64,000 nt of DNA. Origin: Paramecium tetraurelia. Its lineage: Eukaryota. The position numbers were made by a program, and so were the translations under genes. Positions 41,863-55,339 of the stretch are shown here, one piece after another; position 1 is the first letter of the stretch, and every line of letters begins with the position of its first letter. The stretch lies in NCBI GenBank assembly GCA_000165425.1, contig CT868230.1, positions 372,001 through 436,000 of the forward strand, given 5' to 3'. Under the pieces are notes generated by a model. It made no database searches and had not been told where the DNA came from. It was given only the letters and a program-made list of their open reading frames with translations.

Positions 41863-44548
41863 ATGTCTTAAACAAGGACGAGTTAGAGCTCGAAACATCA
41901 AAGAAAAGGCGATAATCGTTTTTTACAATAAATCAATAGTCTCTTACAAAATGTAAGCAACCCACCTCTGAATATCTCAAAACGATGGATTAAGGATAGA
42001 GAGGGAGAATAAAAGAGTTTATTTGAAGAAGTTAAACAAAATGAATTCACAGGCAAAAGTCAGACACTGACACAATTGACTGATATAGGAAAGAAATTAG
42101 CAAAAATGAAAAAGAAACTTAGAACTTTCACTGCTGATGATCGTCTAAAAACACCAGTCTCAGAAAATAAAAGCAGAAAATCAACTAAGTCAAAGAAGAG
42201 TTAAAGTAAAAAGGGGTAGAGCTCACATAGTCAATCAAGAACTTAATTAAAGAGTCTTGAATAAAGCAGAAGTAAATCTTCAAAGAAGGCTAAAAAACCA
42301 TTAAAGTCTTCAAAAACTTAAAACACCCCAAAATTCAAAAAGAAGACCTTTGAAAATAAATTGGGAAGCTTCTCAAAGGAAATGTAACAACAAAGAGATA
42401 GTTCAAGACCTAATGTTAGAATTTTGGAATCAAGAATTGCAAAGAACACTGTTGATAGAAGCTCAAGGTAATTAATTAAATTAATTCAAGTCCGTCTCGT
42501 TCAATTGGGTCTTCCAAAAAATAAGTTAGAAATCGAAGAACTGAATCTCCCTGTGAGGAATCAAGTTCATTGACAGATTCTAGTGACACAAAGGAAATTA
42601 TGAAATTGAAAATGAATCCCACTTATGCATAATCTAAATATGAAGTATTTATGGATAATGAGAAAAAAATAAAAGAACTCGATGCAGGATAATTGAGCAG
42701 AGAAGAGAATTTGATGTTAACAACTAAATTAGAATCTGTAACTAAAGAAAAACTATTAAGAGAATATAGGATATTGTATTATAGAAGCAAAGAAGTCAAA
42801 AAGTTGTTAACCGAATATTATGAACAGAATTTACGTTTGACTGAAGAAATCAACGAATTATAATAAATTATTTATGATAAATAACTTGAAAATAAGTAAG
42901 TCAAAAAAGAATTAAAATCTCAAACCAAAGAAATGAAAATAATGTAATCAGAATATAGTACAAAATTAGACCAATTGGGAAAATCTTATTAGTAGCATGA
43001 AATGAACACTGTTCCATTAAATGATTATGAAAGATTAAAACAGGAGAATGATAAAATTTTAATTGAAAATGAAATGTTAAAGGAAGATTATAAAGGAATC
43101 AGTCTTAAAATGTAACAAATAGAGAATGAGATATACTAAAAAAGATAGTATGAAATTCCAGAGTAAGAAATATCCTAAAGATTACAGAGAGAGTTAGAGT
43201 CAGTTAGAGATTAAGCAGATAGAATAAAAGAAGAAAATATGAAATTGAAATTACAATTAGACAAAGAATAAATTTCTAATCGGGAATTATCATAGTAAAT
43301 CTATTAAAAAAAGAATGAACTTGATGGAAATGTTGAATAAAAATAATATGAATTAACTTCATTGAAATCTCATTTGTAGACTGCTAATACGAAAATTTAA
43401 AAATTAGAATAGTAGATAACTTAAATGAAGTATTAAATGATTTCAGAGTAAGAATAATCATTTTCAATCAGAGAGAAGATAATTAGATAAGAGGAGGAAC
43501 TAAGAATAGCTAATCTGAAGGTAGAAAATAGGGAGAAAGAAATAAATGAATAAAGATCAAAGGAATTGATATTAAAGAAAAAGATATTAGATTTAGAATC
43601 TAAAATTGAAAATCAATTCTAGTAATCTCAACCATATTTTGAACCTATCGTTACAATCAATAAACCGATCAATTCTGACTCATGTATTTTAACACATATA
43701 TATATTAGTTATTAATAAGGAATTATAAGTGGAAAGACAGCTATTAGCCAAGACTTAAGAGCAATTATAAAATATTTAAGGAGAAAATGATCAATTAAAG
43801 CGAAATCTGAAATAGATTGAATTAGAATTGTAATATGAAAGACAATAGAATGAATAAATCAAACTAAAATTCACTTAGTTACAATAAGAAAATGAATTCA
43901 CACTTCAAAGAGCATAGAAACAATTTGAAGAAACTGAAAATCATCGTTCTAAGGAATTCTAGTTAACAGAATAACAATACAAAAATTAAGAGAACTTGTT
44001 GTTTTCTGCATAATAAAGAATAAATGAATTAGAAAATGAACTTAGAATTTTGTAAAATAAGGAATTAGAGAATAAGAATTCAATAAATGATTAGAAATTA
44101 TAGATTGAGAAATAATAATTAAAATTAGAGTAAAATTTGACAAAAGTTAATGAGTTTTAGAATTAGATAAAAACGTTGGAATATGAGAATGCATAATTAT
44201 CTGAAAATAATCGGTAGTTAAAAGTGCAAAGTCAATAACTAACAAAAGAATTAGAATAAATAGATAGGATAAAGGACAATTACAAAAATAAATATTTGAA
44301 TAATAGATACGAAAATAAAAAATTGTTAAATCAATATAATGAAGTAATTGCAATCTAATATTTAGAAAGAAAATATTATGAAGTAAACTTTTACAAATGA
44401 ATTGGAGAAAGTAAAATGTTAAAAGGAGCAATTAGAAAAGATAAAGAGTCAAGAGGAATGCTAGAGATAGCAGAAGGATAAGAAGTTAAAAGTCATAAAT
44501 GATCTATAATAAATGATCAAAGGACACAAAATGGCACTAGATAAATGA
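41863..44548 (+). CDS. Long coiled-coil protein with basic S/K/R-rich N-terminus
   Basis: Open code-6 frame with two tiny introns, E/Q/K heptad-rich, ending SHK..LNDLQQMIKGHKMALDK*-type tail. Confidence 0.7.
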
Positions 44549-44604
44549 AAATTAAATTAATTATTAAATTTAAGCATTAAAATCTTAATAAGATATTTAC
44601 TGTT

Positions 44605-45339
44605 TCAAGGTTTGTGCAAGCCTTTTTTACAACCTGGATTGCAATCTCTACACTAATTACAGCATGTAAAGTATTCATCTCCTCCACAAGTTCTGCAAGA
44701 AAAATACTTGAGTTTACCGGGATGAAATATGCAAGTCTCATATAAAATAGTTAAGTACTTCCTCATTAAAGCCCTCTTTTAATGTGACATTACAACGAAC
44801 ACAGTTCCAAAAAGCCCCTGATTGTCTTAGAAGCTTGGTATCTTCTTCAATTTCTTATAATTAGGCTTAAAGCTTAATAATTGATGTTTCATCGTTCTAA
44901 ATGGTTTTTAATAGATCTTCTCCATACTGTTTTTTCTTTGGTTAAAAATGCTGAATTTCTTTATAAGCAGGATTAGTTGAGATATCAATTTCAAAGGAAT
45001 GATCTTTGCCACTAATTAAATCGATTAATAATGTGAGCTATTTCAAAAGTTAGGATTTCTCCTTCAAGTAGAATTCCCATTCATCATTTTCTCTTCTCAA
45101 GAGTCTTTCTTCTCTTTCAAAAGTTAAAATTTTTTAATTAACTTAATGCATTTTGTCAGAAACAATAGAAAACATTTTTTTTAATTCCTGCTGTTCAAGC
45201 TGGGTGATCTCTTTTGATAGGTATAATAATTACCCAATGTCTATTCGCATTTTTAGATTATTTTATTTATGGGTAAGATTTCTTCTCTCTATTCTTTTGG
45301 TTTAGTTTTAGTTTTTTCCTGCTTCATTTAATTTTGCAT
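44605..45339 (-). CDS. Hypothetical protein with C-terminal Cys/His zinc motifs
   Basis: C-terminus CIFHPGKLKYFSCRTCGGDEYFTCCNQCRDCNPGCKKGLHKP*. Confidence 0.65.
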
Positions 45340-45386
45340 GTAAATTAATGATAAATAATTTAAATTTATATTAATACATAGATAGA

Positions 45387-47067
45387 ATGAATTCCTCTGA
45401 TCACTAGTAATAGAATTCAGTTGGTTGGTTGTTAAATCTAGTGGGTAAATTTTCTCCAAAAGATTTGGAAAAGTCAAATCTTAAAGAAATTGGAGAAGAA
45501 TACATGAAAAAGATTTTACTCTATCCTTAACTTCAATCTGGGAATGTTTTTACCTACAATCAATAGAAGTAGGAATTCTCTGAGAAACTCTTTCATATCT
45601 ATCCTAATATTCTAATATGCTAACATGATAGAATTCATACTCATTTGATACTGAGTAATTGCAGTATCTAAAAGGAGCTAATTCAATACAAAGAAGCGAA
45701 AACCTATGGATTAATAATTTCTAACAATTTGGGAAACACTTACTTATTCTTCCCATAATTCATTCAGTATAGAAATTGGTATAAATTAATGAAACAATAT
45801 TGTAAATTAAATGATTTCTTTGGGAAGTACAAATTAACCGATAGAATGTTACCTGGAGTATATCAATGCTATAAGAAATCTGTAAGCATTTTATTATCGA
45901 TACATAGAACAATGCTTAATTCACTGTTCAAATTTATAAGATGGAAGATTTTGAATAATGGCCTGAAATAGAAGAAGTAGTACATAATGAGATTTAAATG
46001 CTCCGATCTATTAAGCATTAAAACTTGTTGTAATTAAGGAGAGTATATGAAGATGACTCATATTTATTTATCCTATATGAACATTTCAAAGGAGAGTCCC
46101 TTTATAATTTAATAATAACCAATCCCTTACACGAAGTTCAAATAGCTTCAGTAATTACCATCTCTATTCAATTAGATTGTTTACTAAATCTTACAACTAC
46201 TTAAATTCTTAGATAAACATCAATTTTATCATGGAAATCTAAATCCTCTCAACATAATCATCAACTCTAATAACTAACTCCTTTAGATCTTTATGATTAA
46301 CTTGTCCTTCAAGGTATCACCTCTTTTCTTATCTCTAGCAATACAGAATAAATGATAAATTAGATTGGATTTTGAATAGACAAATCGAAGGATTCATAGC
46401 TCCTGAGTTCTACAATGGAGTACCGCCAAACATCACTTCCGATCTATATAGTCTTGGTGTCTTGCTTTACTTTATGACATTCCCGTCACAATTACCAAGT
46501 GAGAAGCATTTTGACAAATATGAAATTGACACTACCAAAATCTAGAAATTATTGTAAAAGAAATTTTCCTAAAATCCTATTGAGGGCAACTCTCCACTTG
46601 ATAAATCAATTGAAAAAAACATTAGTTTAAGTGAATTAGATTTATTATCGAAATTGCTATACACCAATCCTAGTATTTATTTCTTAAATAATAGAGCAAA
46701 GAATTACCATATCTGATAGTATGAAACATCATTGGTTTGTGAATATCAAGAGTAAAATCAAATAACTGAATGTTGTTAAGAAGAAAAAAGTAGAATTACC
46801 TTCATTAAGAACTATCATAGAATTAAGATCCTAAAGTGAACTGGATCTAAAGGTTCAATCTTAACTATCCAATAACAGAAGGCAGTCAAGATTAGCTGTT
46901 AATTAGGTTGACGATTTTGATGTAGGTAATCTATTGAAATATTAAAGTTAGTTCCTGATGAAGGACATCCTTTAGAGTAGGTTGCTGATCTAGATTTTTG
47001 TTAATTACTAAGAAGCAGCACTTAATTAAGAAAATTGTAAACACTAAGTAACAAATCCATTGGATGA
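45387..47067 (+). CDS. PH-like domain plus CAMK-like pseudokinase
   Basis: YEDDSYLFILYEHFKGESL, FYHGNLNPLNIII, GFIAPE, SDLYSLGVLLYFM, MKHHWF. Confidence 0.75.
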
Positions 47068-47494
47068 TTTAATTCGATTGCATGATTCATAAAAATATAT
47101 ATATAAGATCTCCTAATTATCAGTTTAAATCTAATATATTTAACTCTTCTATAGATGTATCAAATTATTAATGTAAAACATTAGCAAATGCAGATTTGCA
47201 GTAGAAATTATCAAAATAATTAGATGAACATTAACAAGTTCCAATATATTTGCAAGAATAAATAAATATTTATTAATAATAGAGATTCAATATTTTAATA
47301 AATTATTTTCTCTATAGGAATTAAATTCTTAAGTATTCAAATGTTAGTTTTAACATAAAATTGTATGATTAATACTAGTATTTAGTTAAGTTAAATATTT
47401 AGCATAGATAGTTCTTCAGAATAACTTATCATTCTGTTAAAATTATGTCAATATAATTAATAATAAATAAATAATCATATTTCTATAAATATCT

Positions 47495-48251
47495 TCATTC
47501 ACTACTTGAAGAAAGATTGATTTAAATTAATAATTTTGTCATCCACAATTTGAGGCATTCTTGGAGTGGAATTTATTATTTCCAATCACTTGTTATTGAT
47601 TGAAGAGATTTCAATCTGAATTATAACGAACTAGGCTAATAGAAAACTGTTTATGATTTGTAGTCTCTCTTAATTTGTTCTACGCTTCTGCTCTCATGAA
47701 TAAATTAACATCGAGCTCCATAAAAGCATACCTAATGATACTAATTGATATAACATATTCTTAATGAAAAGATCTACATAATTTAGACTTGTATTTAGTA
47801 TTGGATTGTCTACTCATCTTCTCATTTTCGCCATGAGCAAATTAGCATTTATTACTATAATTGCATTTACCAACAAGACTCCAATTTTTACACATTTCTG
47901 TTTTGAATTTCATCTTATGCTAAGATTCATCACTTGAAGAACTCATTTCTTCTATTGGATCATCATCCTATACTTAAAAGTCAGTGCTCATTGTTGTTAA
48001 TGTTGCTACAGTGCTCATGGATCCTCTCTTGTCTTATTCATTGGAATCATTGATTGAACATCTTTTAGCATTTTTAATACACTTTTATGTCCAAGTAGGT
48101 TGTTTGGGTAAATAATTATTCAAATCTGTATTCAGAGATCGTCTATTATTAATGATTGATAATTTTCTAACCTTTCAGAATTCAATTTTTAAGTCTTCTA
48201 TTGAACAGAAGTTCTTTATTTATAAGTTCTTAGCTTACTTACATCTGACAT
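47495..48251 (-). CDS. Tandem CCCH zinc-finger protein (TTP/ZFP36 family)
   Basis: KFKTEMCKNWSLVGKCNYSNKCQFAHG and KYKSKLCRSFHQEYVCFYGARCQFIHE. Confidence 0.88.
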
Positions 48252-48333
48252 GAACAGGATGAGTTTATTTAGTAAACAGAAAGGAAAATGTTTATATAAA
48301 TAATATATAGATTTTATATTAAAATTTATATCA

Positions 48334-49411
48334 ATGATTGTCAGGATGCATCTAAACACAATCAAAATGGCTTATGCTATTTCAAATAAATTGGCTGCAA
48401 ACAAGATCACCAAACTCTCTTCAAGGATTAAATAAAAACAATCTATAGAAGATGTTCATAATCTATAAGATTTCTTAACCACTCAAATCTAAGAAAGTAT
48501 CACTACCCGCTATTTACTTTAGACAAGCTCTATAATACAATTCATAGAACGTCCAAATATGATGATGGATTTGATGAATTTTTAACAGAATACAAAAAGA
48601 AGCATAAAAATATATTAGATTTAACTCGCTATGCAACATCTCCTTTGAACAAAACCAATTAAATAAGAGAGGAAGAATTCAGACAATTACAATCATTTCT
48701 TGATAAAAGAAAAAAAGCATTAAAAAATGAAATTATCATCGATAACAATTAAGTGAATGATGAATCAGATCCTCAAAATGATAAATTTGTAGAGACCCAA
48801 AAAATGTAAATCGTTCAGGTTTCAAAATCAGGGATCAATTTTTTGTTATTCTCATTGATAGAGACACTAATACTTAAGTAACTACCCTATAAAGAATCAA
48901 CTCTTTCAGACAAGTGATTTTTATTGGAAATGGAAATGGTGTTATAGGATATGGGTATCATATTAAATTTTGAATATAGAAAAGGAAAGGGCAAAGATTT
49001 TGAAACTGCATTACGAAGAGCAAAAATAGATGCCAAGAGAAATTTAGTACCAGTAAGTCTTGATTTATGGCATACATGTCCTATTCCACTAACTGGAAGA
49101 TTTAATGATGCAGAAATTGAAATAAACCCAAGACCATTAGGATTCAACGCTTATGGTAATCCCTAGATTGCATCAATGCTAATGCTGACTTGAATTCATC
49201 ATTGTAGCTTCAAGGTTAGATCTAGAAATTAAGTTCCTTATTCTCTACTTTATGCATTTATGTAGGCTGTAACAAAGTAATAAATACCTTGAATTCTTTT
49301 AGTAATGCTACAGCTGAAGAATTAAGTGAAGCCTCAGGTATGAAAATATATAGACAAAATTGGGGTAAGAAAATTGGCAGAACAGCTCCTTTAACATTTG
49401 ACGGTATTTGA
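48334..49411 (+). CDS. Mitochondrial-type ribosomal protein S5 (uS5m) carrying an in-frame TGA at 49191-49193
   Basis: RINSFRQVIFIGNGNGVIGYGKGKGKDFETALRRAKIDAKRNL...PRPLGFNAYGNPQIASMLMLT*IHHCSFKV; four tiny introns. Confidence 0.8.
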
Positions 49412-49788
49412 GATTCTTTGTTTAAAATATGTAATATAGATAAATTAAAGCACTTTTATTTTTGCTATTATTTCTGGAATTTATTGTAATTATTATTGTA
49501 ATTATATAATTATCTCCTTGAATTAAGATAGTCAACCTTTATTAAAATTAATATTTTTGCTTTTGTTAAATAGTAATATGCTATTATAATTCTATTTACT
49601 ATAATATTAAAAGAATAGAATTTGATAAATTCTAATACACGAATGTTACAACTTAATCCAAATTTAGGGAAAATTTAATATAACTTTAACAAAAATAATT
49701 ACTTCAATTATAATTTCTGATCGATCAGTTATGCAAAATAATGGGAGTTTGGATATTTCATAAAAAATTTAACGTATATATAATAATA

Positions 49789-50301
49789 TCATTACATCGA
49801 TTTCTAGAAAGGTTATAAAACTCTGTATGATCTTTATTCGCCCATAGTATTGGGTCTTTTTACTTAAAGATCAGGATTAAATTGAATCGTCCAAGCGACT
49901 GGAGCGTATTCTACATCTAGCTCTTTGATGGTGTGAGCATATTTACAATTAGCTCCCATTCTGCATTATTTAGTTTTAATGTATTGACGACAAATTCTAG
50001 TTTTTGGAATTTTTTATTTTTCTTTTAAGATTGTTGCAATATCTTTATTATGATTTTGCTCTTGTTTTGATTGCTCATATTCTTTGAACTTAGATAATAC
50101 CATTGATTTTCTGGGATTGAATGCAGTAACTTCCTCCAATTTCTTCTCGAATTATTATAGATATAAATTTTTATTGCTTATAGTTTATCTGCTTATGTTA
50201 AATTTCTTAGTTGCTGTCTTATTCAAACTCTGAGTTCTATAGAAGTCTTGTATTTTGTTTAAAATATCCGAAACTTATTTTGTTTGTTTTACTGTGCTCA
50301 T
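49789..50301 (-). CDS. Single CCCH zinc-finger protein
   Basis: PKTRICRQYIKTKQCRMGANCKYAHTIKEL. Confidence 0.75.
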
Positions 50302-50614
50302 AATCTTAATATTTATAATGTTTCAATATTAATGTAAAAATAATTAATACTATTTTTAATATTCTCATTGATAATCTGAACAAAAACATAGAAATATGTA
50401 AATAATAATTATCTATTCTCTACTCTGATTTCTGTTTTACTATAAACAAATTATTAAACTTTTGATTTTAAATAGTCACAAAAATCTTTAATGAACCTCT
50501 TAAACAATTGTGAGAGATTGCATCTAATAATTAAGACGTATTTACATCGTTTATATTTCTTTAATTATATATACATGATATTATGTAATCATTATTGCAT
50601 TATTATTAATTGAG

Positions 50615-52105
50615 ATGAACGATTAATTCAACCAAGCTCATTATGACATAAAACAGGAGATCTAACATTATGAGCATGACTTGGATCACTTTTGGACAGC
50701 TTTAACTGGGTAATTTGCAGAATTAAATTAAGTGCCGTCGTTTTGATTATGCAGTTAGGGTTTGCATTTCTAGAGGGAGGGTGTGTACGATACAGGAACA
50801 TTCAAAGCATCATAATCAAGGTTTATGCGAACACTGCCATAAGTATCATTATGATGTGGATTGTATGAAAACATCGTAATTTAGGTTGGATATGGTTTAA
50901 TGATGGGTAAGACCAATGACACATAATTCAATGGAATAAGTGGATTTGCAGGATTCAGATTCAAGGATCATCCTGAATCTTATGCTGATTTTATATTTAA
51001 TGCAGCATTAGCAGCAGCAGCTAACAGTATTGTTTCTGGAGGAGCAGCTGAAAGAATGTCTATACCTGGCTATATTGCTCTAAGTGCTTTATTCTCTGGT
51101 TTTATATATCCTATTTGTATCCATTGGGCATTTAAAGGATGGTTATATGATTTGGGTTATCATGATTTCGCTGGAAGTGGTGCCATCCATCTAACAGCTG
51201 GAATTGGAGCTCTTGTTGTCACTTATATGCTTAGGCCTAGAACAAATAGATTTAATCCCTAGTTTGAATCTTAATTTAAACCAGCCAATACTACTTTTAT
51301 TTGTTTGTCTTGTTTGACTTTGTATATGGCGTGGATGTGTTTCAATTCAGGGTCTACCTTGGCCTTATCTGATGGTTCAGTTTTTACAGTTGGAAATTCA
51401 ATTGCTAACACTATGGTCGGTGGTGCTAGTGGAGGATTGTTTGTATTCTTCTATCATTACTTTACTAATCGAAATACCGATAATCAGTTTAGTTTAGTGA
51501 TGGTTTGCAATGGAAATTTGGCAGGCCTTGTAGCTGTAACAGGGTATTCAATCAATTGATGATTTTAGATCTAATGATGAAATTGAGTAATGGGCAGCCT
51601 TTGTAATTGGAATCATAGGAGGAATAATATATGTGTTGGTGGCAAAAATATTACATAAATTACATATAGACGATCCTGTAGATGCGATTCCTATTCATGC
51701 TGGATGTGGCTTAGCGGGGGCCATGTGTCCAGGATGGTTTGATAGAAGGAGAGGAATATATTATGAATAGGGAGCCTATTAATGGGGAGTTTAAGTGCTC
51801 GGTTGTGTTTGCTTTGTTGCGTGGTATTCTTTAAGTTTTATCATAGGTCTGCTGCTTGGCATTATGCAGCTTGTAGAATACTAGAAAAGATGGGTTTGCT
51901 TAGAGTCAATAATACTATAGAATTAGAAGGGTTGGATCCAACCATTTGTGGAGGACATGCTTTCTTTTATGAATCTATTAGAGAATAAGAAATGAAAGAA
52001 CCTTTTTCATTTTAAAGAGATGTTTAACAATAAGAATAGGCAAAACTCAATGAGATCGAATTTGATGATAGAAACTTGTCCATTATCAAACAGGGTGATA
52101 AATGA
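50615..52105 (+). CDS. AMT: Ammonium transporter (Amt family)
   Basis: MQLGFAFLEGG, SIVSGGAAER, YPICIHW, YHDFAGSGAIHLTAG, CFNSGS, NGNLAGLVAVT, IDDPVDAIPIH. Confidence 0.95.
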
Positions 52106-52264
52106 AAATATTATTTTGATGAATTCAAATTCATAAATCTATATTTATTTTACCTTCTTTTTCATTCACAAACGCAATCTACAAGTACAAATGATAATAG
52201 AATTCGGTATGTGAGGAAGATTAATATGACTTTTATAAATATAAATTTAATATTGAAAATTAGG

Positions 52265-53980
52265 ATGGAAGATAATAATTAATTTATTGAGGATTTTGTT
52301 CGCGTCTAGGGGTTATACAGAAAAGCCTAGCAACTTAGACATATACAAAAATTTAAAATAAGATAGTCTATGGATATGTATAAAACATATATATTTGATG
52401 TTTGCCCTACAGTGAAAAATTTTTAAAATAAATTGGAAAGTTTATTGCCTAATCCTAATGAAAATAAAAAACTCATGAAGAAGATAATTAAGCATAAATG
52501 GGTTAAAATATATTGCAACGACTAATAATTATAATCTATCTTTCACGAGGATTATTGCACTTATTTAATTTATAATAGAATACCTATTCCAAATGGTAAA
52601 TAGTATCAAAACTTTTAAAATGATATTCTAGAGATTTTTCAAAATAGAGTTTGCCAATAAATAAAACAGATTAATCAAGGTTTTTATGAAAATTTCATGG
52701 AATAAGACATAAATTCTCAATATTTCAGAGAGGAATAAGTAGATAACTTTGATTACACCGAGCTTGTAGAGTATATAAATTATGATCTAAATGATATTAT
52801 ATCAGAAGAATAAGAATACAATATCGAAGATTTCATGAGAAGAACTGTCTCAGACATAATAAGTAAGGAGTATTTAGCAGTAAGTGCATTCATTAAGAAA
52901 TTTTATAGCGATCTTATAACAGAAACTGCAATAAACCCCTCCTAATAATACCCTCAATAGTTTTCATACGGCAATTTTGGTCGTGGTTTCTCAGGACTAA
53001 CACCTAGAGAAAATAAATAAACAAAAATACAAGAAATTCAAGAGTGTTAAGAATTAAGCAAACTTGATGTCGGGATCTACTCTATTAAAGTAAAAAAGAC
53101 AATCATTATTCTTGATATTACAACTAAATATAAAATAGCCTACATAATCAATTACTTTGACCATTATAAAAATAAATCATCCATTTTTAATTAATTAAAG
53201 GATTTCAAGATTTAGAAAATAAAGACTATAAAACTAAGTGTTGAAGAGGCTTATGCACTTATTAAATATCTAAAATAAAAAAACCCTTCATATAAATAAC
53301 TTTGGGATGGAACTATAGAATTTTATAAGCAATAGGACTTTGATGAGTTCAATGAGTATTAAAAATAGAAGGAATAAAATTATTATAAAATGTTGGTAGA
53401 TATTAAAAGGTTCATATCTATAATTTCTCCTCAATCAAATAACTATAAAGACATCTATTCTTAAGCATTTGTTTAAACATTACAATAGAATCAAAGATAT
53501 AATTTGGATTTAATACCAACTTTAGAGTTTGATTATGTTCTAAAGAATCTTAAAGATTCAAAAAAATAAAAGGCTGCTATTTTAGAAGATAAATAAAATT
53601 TAACAATCGGGGTAGTTTTATTTCTAAATCAAAATCAAACCATTCTTTTGTTAAAAAATTATAACAATTTGAAAACGTCTAACGAGTGCTTTTTAGAGTC
53701 TTCTAAATAAATGAATTAAAATGAAAAAATTCTCATTTCTGATTCAAATTCTCATGGGGAGGAGTACAAGGATTTCTACCTCTAGATTAAAAAGATCAAT
53801 GCTGATTAAAAGACCACGATAATTTTTGATGTAAATATTTAAGGAATTTAATCGTCAGTAGCTCAATTTTATGTGACATTAATACTCACAAGGACAGAAA
53901 ATGACTAGTTGAAAAATATTAAAAAGTTTTTGGAATTAAAAGACAGTGCTTGGGCTAGTATTTTAAAGATTTTAGGCTGA
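52265..53980 (+). CDS. Hypothetical protein (~570 aa), apparently intronless
   Basis: Long open code-6 frame MEDNNQFIEDFVRVQGLYRKAQ...WASILKILG*. Confidence 0.65.
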
Positions 53981-54011
53981 ATAATTCTATATAATATTTT
54001 ATCGTTAAATA

Positions 54012-55158
54012 ATGCATAATAATAATTCATTTTTCTAGAATGACATAAGTTAACAATAAATTGATTAAGCCCTTTTGAGATTGAATGCGTTACTTAAGGA
54101 GGAACCTCCAAAATTAGAAAAATAAAAGTTTAAAAAACCAACCCTCATTAATTAAGAAGATGCATCAATTGTAGTTTCATCTTAACCTAACTATACATCT
54201 TAAACTAAAATGACATCTGAATAGATCAATCATTTTGTGGAAAGAATGAATGATAAATATAAGCAGTAAATAGTATTTTAAAGTCATTCATAGAACTTAG
54301 AATAAAATTATTGAGCAGAGGAAAGATAAAATATATTCACCTATTAAAGTCAATGAGAAGAGCTAATCAATTCTTAAATAAAAAAATCAAAATGGCGAAT
54401 ATTAATCATTATATGAAAGAGCTAAAATCAGGCAAATTGAAAAATAAGAGAAGATTAAAGAAAATGAAAAATTGAAACTTTTAGAAGAAATGATGAGTAT
54501 TAAAATAAAATAAAGTGATTCAAAATCAGTAGATTCATTTTTACAGAAAGTTGATTTTTGGAGAGAGAAGAAAACATAAAACATATAGAATTAGTAATAA
54601 GAGAAAATTTAGAAGGAGTTAGAAGGAGTCACATTCAAACCAAGTCTTAATCCATTATCCGCAAAGATAGCCAAAAAATAGTATAGAGATAATGATGTAT
54701 TAGAAAGGTTTCAGAAGTCAAATCAAAACAAATTGATAAATGAGTAAAGATTATTAATGGATGAATTAAAAAAAACACCATTTACACCAAAATTAAATAA
54801 GAACTCAGTTCTAATTAACAATTAAATTTAAAAATAATCATAATCCAAAAATCATAACTATTTTTTGAAGTAACAAACAGAGAAATAATAAAAGGATACA
54901 AGTTTTATTAATGGAACTCGTCAAACTTTAAAAGAAGCTTATAATTCAAAATAATCAAGATCCTTAACACCTGATCGCATTAGTTCTAAATATTCAACTG
55001 AAAAAATAAAGGATGAGAATTAACCTAGAAAGAGATCCACTACTCCATTGAAATAAAACAAAATTATCCCTAATGTATAAGAAGTAAAATACAATCCAAA
55101 TCTGAAGTTTTTAATGACATTAGCTTAAAAGGAATTGAATTATTCATCCTTATTTTGA
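54012..55158 (+). CDS. Hypothetical coiled-coil protein with (T/P)FxPxLN motifs
   Basis: GVTFKPSLNPLSAKI and TPFTPKLNKNS; such motifs are typical of ciliary/microtubule-associated proteins. Confidence 0.6.
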
Positions 55159-55339
55159 GTTGATTGATAAACATCTCTAATTTATATATATTTAAATATC
55201 TTCTTATAATTAAGTTGTTTATATTGACATAATCATTTTTTAGAATTTTATTATACTTTTTAGCAATTAATTAAAATTTATAAGATCAATCTAAATTAAA
55301 ATTTATATATCTAAATTATTAAAAATAAAAATCTTTTTA

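Noticed and set aside
48800..48835. Apparent frameshift in uS5m
   Set aside because: Resolved by the 26-nt intron gtaaatcgttcaggtttcaaaatcag
52150..52225. TCACA/TGTGA inverted repeat followed by AGATTA
   Set aside because: Single loose hairpin with no ACA-terminated partner
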